The notes beneath the pieces were generated by a model. That model was given only the letters and a program-made list of their open reading frames with translations, was not told the DNA's origin and ran no database searches. From NCBI GenBank assembly GCA_040954595.2, contig CM082596.2, positions 6,088,791 to 6,152,790 of the forward strand: 64,000 bases of DNA, read 5' to 3'. Shown piece by piece: positions 57,055-64,000 of this stretch (positions are counted from its first letter, which is position 1; every line of letters begins with the position of its first letter). The DNA is from Balanoglossus misakiensis. Taxonomy: Eukaryota; Animalia; Hemichordata. The translations under genes were made by a program, and so were the position numbers.

Positions 57055-60000
57055 TCACACACCCATTGTAGCTGGGTCAAATGCAATGATAAAGACAACT
57101 CCTTCAGAGCAAAACACTAATACTGCTTCAACTTTTTTTTCCTTCAGTTTACTCTCACATCCATTCAATAGACCCTTCCCCAGTAATCCCAGAGTGCACT
57201 TCAACGGCCATTTCAAAACAGAATATGCTGTGCAAACACTGAAAAAAGTAGATATTAATTTGCCAAAACATTGCTGTACATAGTTGTGCAGTTTGTAAAC
57301 CCTGATGTGTGATGTATCGACGGTGGAAATGTGAACTATGAGATGTTCAGGGTAAAAAAAATCTGCAGAATCTGAACGCTACAACGTGAGAATCTGATGA
57401 CTGGGTTCGTCATTCTGGCATTTCGTTACATTGATGAATAAGTCAGGGGGGTCTGGTGAAACGCAATTGTAACTGGAATAATACAGGGCTTAGTAAAAAG
57501 CTTTGGTGGTCCCCTTCATTATTTCTCACAGTGCAGTCTATCAATGTTTCAAAAAGAAAAAATGCGAGCAAGTTTCCCTCCCGTGGTTTTTGAGGCTTCA
57601 TCTGGGAGCTGTGCATTGAGCACTTAAAACAACCTGACCGGTATATTTCAGAAGATATTTTTAACTTTTCTCATCAAATGAGAATACAGAGGGTCCATTG
57701 GTGATCTCAAAAATAAGGTAGCTTTGTGATTGTATTTTAACTGAAGACAGGCACAGTTCCTTGTGCGGCATGTATGACAGCAGTGCCGAGATCTACCGGC
57801 CAGTAGGACCACAGCAGACAATAGAACTAATGTGATCAACCCATCATCGCATGACTCAAACCACCATGCAGCGTAACTACGTTGCACAAAGCCATGACTC
57901 AACGATACAAAGCTTGCACGCAATTTAAAAAAAAGAGAGAGACCCAAGTCATTAACAGTGATTTTCCCTGTGAATTTGACTTCAATGGAGTTCCGTTTGA
58001 AGGCTTCCTGGGTTGTCCGTATTTTGTCTTTAATTTCCCATCCTGACGGGAAATAATTTCCAACTTCAGGTGTTGGCTACACACAAGTCATTTGAGATTG
58101 TGTCAATAATTCAGGCAAGCAGAGCCTGAAACAGTGATAAACTAATAAACTCTAATCGGTCCCACCTGGGGCGTGCTAATCAAGCCTCATTTCTCGCACT
58201 CAGTGAAAAAGTACACAAATTCTGACACAGCTTGACTTTTGAGTCAATATTTTCACAGTATTTACTTACAATTGTGTTGCGACACTTGTGAGTTAAACAC
58301 TGGATAACAGAATGCAGCTATTTTTTTTTTCTTTCAAGAGACTGACCATAGTATTTTTTTTGTTAAGTTACTGTTTGGACAGACATAAGAGCAAACAGGG
58401 ATCCAATTATGACTTTTCAAAGAAAACCGGGCCGCCATCTGGCTTGGTTCAATCCGGCACCCGATATTAATTAGCATCATAAAAAATTCATTTCTGTTTC
58501 CAGTAATTGGGAGGGGGGCCTCATTTGTGGTCCATTAGGGCCGCCACTCACCGTGACTGACAGCCGGGTTCCCCCCATTGTGCGCGCTCATTCGCATAAA
58601 ATGATTGGCGGGCGCCGCGGCTCGGGTGTTGTCATTTTCCATGTGGTAAGATTGATCCGTTCGCCTGCCATTGTTCCCGGCCACGCTTTGCCTCGCGTTT
58701 AAACCCGAGCACCCCTTGACTTGCGCACCTATACAGTTTTCTGGGGGTCGATCGACTTCTAGGAACGGTCGGTGACGCGTCGAGTCGAGTCGCACTTCTC
58801 TGAAACGCGACCCGATCTCCATTATTGCTCGAAACTCTCTCAATATTGTCCGAGGCGGATCCTCTTTCACTCCAATCACGATAAATGCACTCTTGAAAAG
58901 GTGGCTATATTACATAAAACCCCAACTGCAAATGGTGTGTCAAGCTCATGAAACCCTAAACCCAGACGCAGCGAGAGTTAATTTCGACCGAAGATTGAGA
59001 CGCTCGCGTCTTGTCTCACCTTTCAGTAATTTTCACCATACATCACTATGGTGTTCACGGGTACTCTGACTTCTAAAAAAAATAACATTAATAGCGTAAG
59101 GCCCCCTTTAATAGCTACATTTTACACATGAATTTTAAGTGACAACCTTTTGAAACCCGACCTTGTGAAGTTAATTTTCGGTGTTTAGACAGACGACAGA
59201 TCAACTCCCTACTCATAAAACTCCATCAATACTCTTTTTTGTGACGCATCAGTATTACGCCGAATCATCCCATTGACAAACGGCGCGAAAGTGTAATAAT
59301 TGAGAAAGTGCGAGATTCCTTACTTGAAATACACACCATACACTGTCAACCGGGGGACAATCGAGTTGAATTTTTTCTAGCTACTTGTGGCAAAACTTGC
59401 CAGAGAAATCCTCCATCTCATCGGAATTGACCTGGCATTACTTTTCAAAGATATGCTTTTAGGCTCCTTGAATCTAAAACTGACCACCTGACAGCTCTGT
59501 GTTACATGTAAACATTGATCTTCGACTTGACATACTTTTAGGTACAGAGAACTTGGTGGAGATCATCACCTTTTTTATTCAGTGAAACTGTCAGACCCTA
59601 CATGGTATAAAATCTGGGCTTCGAGCTCCCCTATAAAGTTTGAAGGATGGATAGGTAGAAAAACAACAGAATTTAAAAATAAACTCAGCCAGAAAACTTC
59701 TCTCTCGTAGCACAAAAGCAGTAATCACAGTACTGATAAGATTTGTGTCTTAGAAGAGGAACCAATTAGTGAACCAGGCCAATTTTTTGACGTAATCCAT
59801 CAATTCGAGTGTGAACGAAGAAGATTTCATGCAAGGCGGACTTAAGACAATGCCAAGACGGAAGACACTTTAACCAAGACAATAGCCGGGCATAATGCCT
59901 CCTTAGTGGACTGATGACGACTCCCCCCAAATGATGCCTCTGTTTGTTCGTGATACTTAAGAACTTTCAGAGGACTCCAAAGTTCTCCTCCCATTGGTGG

Positions 60001-63000
60001 TGCTGAATACAATACATTGTACAGACCCCTCCCTCTCCTCCAAGTCTGATGGGGTGTTTTTATTGCGACATGTATAACAACATGACACCAAAATAACATA
60101 AAAATCCAGAATTATTTTTTTAAAATCAGAATGGTGACAGAACTATCACTGGCAATGTTAATCGTGCAATTAATAAAAACACCCAATTTTTTTGATTTTT
60201 CTTATTACTTTGTTGGCTACTTTTAAACAATTATCATTGAAACAGTGTTGTACATGTACATTTGTATATATAGTATTGTCTGCTTCGTAAAAGCCTTTCA
60301 CTGGCTTCTAAGAATCCCAGGTGAAACTGTAGTGACTCATTCAGCTGTACTTTATTTGGAGATGATGCCTGACATGACTATTGTGATAAACCTGCGACTG
60401 ACAAAATGTCAATTTTGGCGGCTTTTCAGAGCCCTGACGACACGGATTAGGTCAAGCCTATTAACCTCTTTTAAGAGATCCACTGTTCGCATCCTCAGTG
60501 TCAATATCACGTACGGGTGAAACCAAAAAGAAATGTTCACACAAAGCTACCATCATCCCTGCACAGTGTATATTTTGGGCCGTGGTGTACTTGTGGTCGG
60601 AAACAGAACTTGAATGTTGAAGTTCATTAACAAAAATATCACAAACCCTGGCTGGCTGTGTGACAGCTGAGCAGGAAAGGACCTCAGGCAAAATGACTGA
60701 GATTCTAATTTAATCTTTCCAAGGGACATGGCCACATGGAGGCTATAACATAGACACTTCCAACAAGGGGAAATAAAACACAATATCACGAAGGTTAGCT
60801 TAAAAGAGCAGTTATATTATTGGTGGAAGACACTGACTGGATCTTTTTTATCAGCTATCTTGACCTACTGAACAATCTCACATCATAATGTATACAGTAT
60901 ATACAGGATAAAGTAACTGTACATTTTGCCACCAAATCTATTGTCTCTGAGTACATGTATATTTGATGAACTATTAGGACAATAACAAATTCTCCTGATT
61001 TTAAAGGGGCAATTTTCAATCCCTGGGTTAGTTTCTTGTGACACTGAATGTTTTATCTTTCTTTTTCGCTGGAATAATATCAACTTGATAATTAATCTGG
61101 TTGCTTTTAGACAAAGCTGACGAGGAACAAGATTGTGGTTAATATCTGTACGTGTCGCGCAGTCTATTTCAGGAAATCCTAATCTTCCATGCATTGATTT
61201 CTGTCTGGGGCTCTTGTATTAAACACACAAAGCTTTATTCTTTCATGACAATTAGCCAAAGAATATGAAAACTAATATATTCAGGGGATATTAATTAATC
61301 CACAATGTATCTGCACAGAGGAGGTTTGATTGACAGAAGCTTCAATGAGCTGAATTTATGCAGACAAATAACCGGAATACTTTGTCTCTGAAAACAAAAG
61401 GCGATTCAAAACTGACGTTCTGACTTTGACATTATGCTGGGCGGATATATAGATGTGTGGATCAATCGATCGATCGATGGACACTGATAAATGGATAGAT
61501 GGGAATGTTTGGATAAAAGGGTGACAACAACCAGTTTTGGACAAAATGAAGATTCCATATGTTTATACCATATGGAATCTACTTCCGACAGATCACTGGC
61601 GAGTGAGTCAACCTGCTGATGGTTTGCTTGCCAACAGTTATTCTTTTTAAACAGTTGCAGTTTTACTGAGGTGACAGAAAAGAAAATGGCCTCATCTGAT
61701 TTAGATGCGAGTGACAAATTTTCCATCCACTGTAGCCGTCATTGTTGTACTGTCTTGGTGGTTACATTGACGCTGTCATGTAGCACTTAAACGTAACGTC
61801 TCTTGAATCTCACTTTCTATGTGGTCTTTTTTGTCAAACAAAAAAAAGGAGAAGATGCTACAGAAACAGAAAAAAAGACGACTTCAGAATGTGACTGTTT
61901 TAATAATAATCACCACGCGTCTGATTCCGTAGGTCTGGTCGCAAACACAAATTGCGAGTGGTCTCTTTTGTCGGTGGAGATTTCGGATCAGGCGATCAGT
62001 CGGGGCTATAGCGGGACCTGTACTTCGCCGCGCCGCTGACGAGGGGTGCTTCAACAGTCAATCTTCATTTGGCAAACAACGGGGCTGTCAAGTCGTCTTC
62101 CCAGCTCCGGGAATGTTGGATTCACGAGAGGGGAAAGGAAAAGGGGGGGGGGGATTTGGGAAGCGAGCTTGTCAGCGACCGAGTCAATCACGGATGTGTC
62201 ATCATCAGCAACTCAGCTCTTTGACCGTGTCACTCGCATTGTTGCCGGCGACAATGGCTGGTGCATGTCGTACCAGCTTACCAACAAAGGCAACCTTTTC
62301 AGAATCGTGAACTCTGGAAAGCCCTTGAGCTGTCAATCAAAATCTTTGCCAGTGTATCATCTCTTGTCTGACGTTTCAAAGCAGCTCCATCACGTGGTGG
62401 GGATAATGGGATTTTTTTTCTCCTCTCAAAAGAGAGACATTTTCCTCTTTTTTTTATGACGGAAAAGGAAATTTGAAAATTTTATTTCAGCGCATACCTA
62501 CTCAAGCCTTGTCTGATACTGAATACGCGAGGATGCAAAAATGATCCTTTTTTTTCGAAGTATTCATAACATGCTTTGTGCTCTCCATTACAAATGACAA
62601 ACTGAAAAGTGTCAAAATCCAATCAAGAGATACCCTAGCAACCCTATCAGTTTGGTAAAGAGGTCATGCTTTTAGGGTTGCCATAGAAACCAAAATTTTT
62701 GAACAAATCATTTTGCCATGGGGACAGAAAATGGGCGATATGCAAAATAGATACAACAGCAGCATCTTGACTTTCAACTGGAAAACCATAAATGCCTCAA
62801 AAGCAACATTTAATTTTCGCAGACAGGGTTTTTATGGACAAATAAAAATCCAAAATGAGCACCTCCACATCACGTTTCATTTTACAATCACAGACAAAAT
62901 ATTATTTATTCATGACTTCCTAAACTCGAACGTTATCCACTCTTTTACAGTCACATCTACAAACACAGCATATTAAACCAATTACTTCTGGTCTGTGTGT

Positions 63001-63290
63001 ATGATTGGTCACGAGGTATTTGATTAAAAGTTGTGAACTGCAACCTAATTGGTCAATTGTTCCCCTGGTGGCCAATCAACAAAGATTTACCAAAGTATGA
63101 AGCCAATCAACAAACAATAATCCTTGACATACAACACTCATAATCGCAATGGTGGTGCCTAGATTATCAGAGTATTGGGTACATATTATAAAATATATAT
63201 CTATTACAAAAATACCAAATATTGAATACATGGTTTAGAATGTCACATCAAGACAAAAATTAGGATTGGCAGCCAAAACGAGAAACAAAA

Positions 63291-63497
63291 ACAGGCTGGT
63301 GTTATCCAAAACTGTCATAAATGTTTGGTAATATCTGCAAAATTACAAAATCTCTGCTCAGTCTGGTATTTCAGTCGTCACGGTTACACAGAAGACAGGC
63401 TGGTGTTATGCAAAACTGTTAAATGTTTGGTAATATTGACAAAGATTACAAAATCACCGCTCAGTTTGGCATTTTGGTCGTCACGGCTACGTAGAAA
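63291..63497. repeat. Diverged tandem duplication, 2 x about 104 bp
   Basis: The unit ACAGGCTGGTGTTAT.CAAAACTGT...ATGTTTGGTAATAT...ATTACAAAATC...GTCGTCACGG starts at 63291 and again at 63395. Confidence 0.85.
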
Positions 63498-64000
63498 AGT
63501 GACGTGCAGCAGAGAAAGGACTCCAGATTGTCTGAAGTAGGGGGGAACCCGCAGCGAGCAAAATTGAGAGGTCTTTTCTGACGGAGACAAGGGCGGGGAG
63601 AGAAAAAAACACATTTGGGCGCATTCAGAAAACATTCTCCGGGGTTAACAGATGTAAGGAGAGAGAGAGAAAAAAAGGTGTTGATAAAGACCGGTGCGGT
63701 GTCCTAGCTCGCCGGCCAAATGGAAATTCTCAGTAGGCAGAGAGAAAAAACTGGATGCCATTACCATGACAATAGCATCCTCAATTTGCTGGTAATTGCA
63801 CCGTGCTTTTACTGCTCATTCGTCCCCCATTCAGCAGTGTGTTTCCAGCGCCGGTTTCGACAGAATGCTGGGAATTTCAATTTCTCTGCTTAAAACATCA
63901 TCAATTTCAGCGCGCGACTGGGATGGAGTGGGGGAGGGGGGGGGGGCCTCGCTTTTCTCCCTGTAACTCCGGCGATGTTTTACTCGCTGTCTGGACAATT

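Noticed and set aside
57507-57518. miR-133-like 12-mer TGGTCCCCTTCA
   Set aside because: The match breaks after 12 nt and there is no convincing precursor hairpin
57100-64000. Short ORFs as the missing BTB exons or as separate genes
   Set aside because: No BTB motif (AH+xILA/RS, YIYT) or other protein-like signature recognised; treated as non-coding

Overview
This is intron-rich eukaryotic DNA of roughly 40% GC. Its gene and repeat style suggests a marine invertebrate, possibly a deuterostome; that is inference only. Six spliced protein-coding genes can be assembled by hand from splice sites and reading-frame phase. (1) A Roco-like gene (1786-5611, +) in which the ROC GTPase is split by about 10 hydrophobic helices and followed by COR and a C-terminal TIR domain; the ORF track shows only part of the TIR. 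(2) An OATP/SLCO transporter (6540-10570, +) with one GC-AG intron. (3) A clan-2/CYP17-like cytochrome P450 (12348-15759, +) with no visible membrane-anchor exon; its C-terminus and stop codon come from an inserted TIR transposon. (4) A type-I surface protein of about 2300 aa (18050-27528, +): IPT/TIG, EGF, putative Ig, a long module resembling bacterial giant surface proteins, cadherin repeats, a mucin-like stalk and a TM helix. (5) TMEM237 (27930-32811, +). (6) The 3' part of a BTB-BACK-TLDc gene (minus strand, 33851-56881, 5' end not found in the window) with a 19.9 kb intron. The window also holds several MITEs, a 185-nt foldback and many microsatellites. No rRNA, tRNA or CRISPR array was seen. 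The best candidate for an undescribed system is the membrane-embedded split-ROC-COR-TIR protein. All domain calls come from motif recognition by eye, not database searches.
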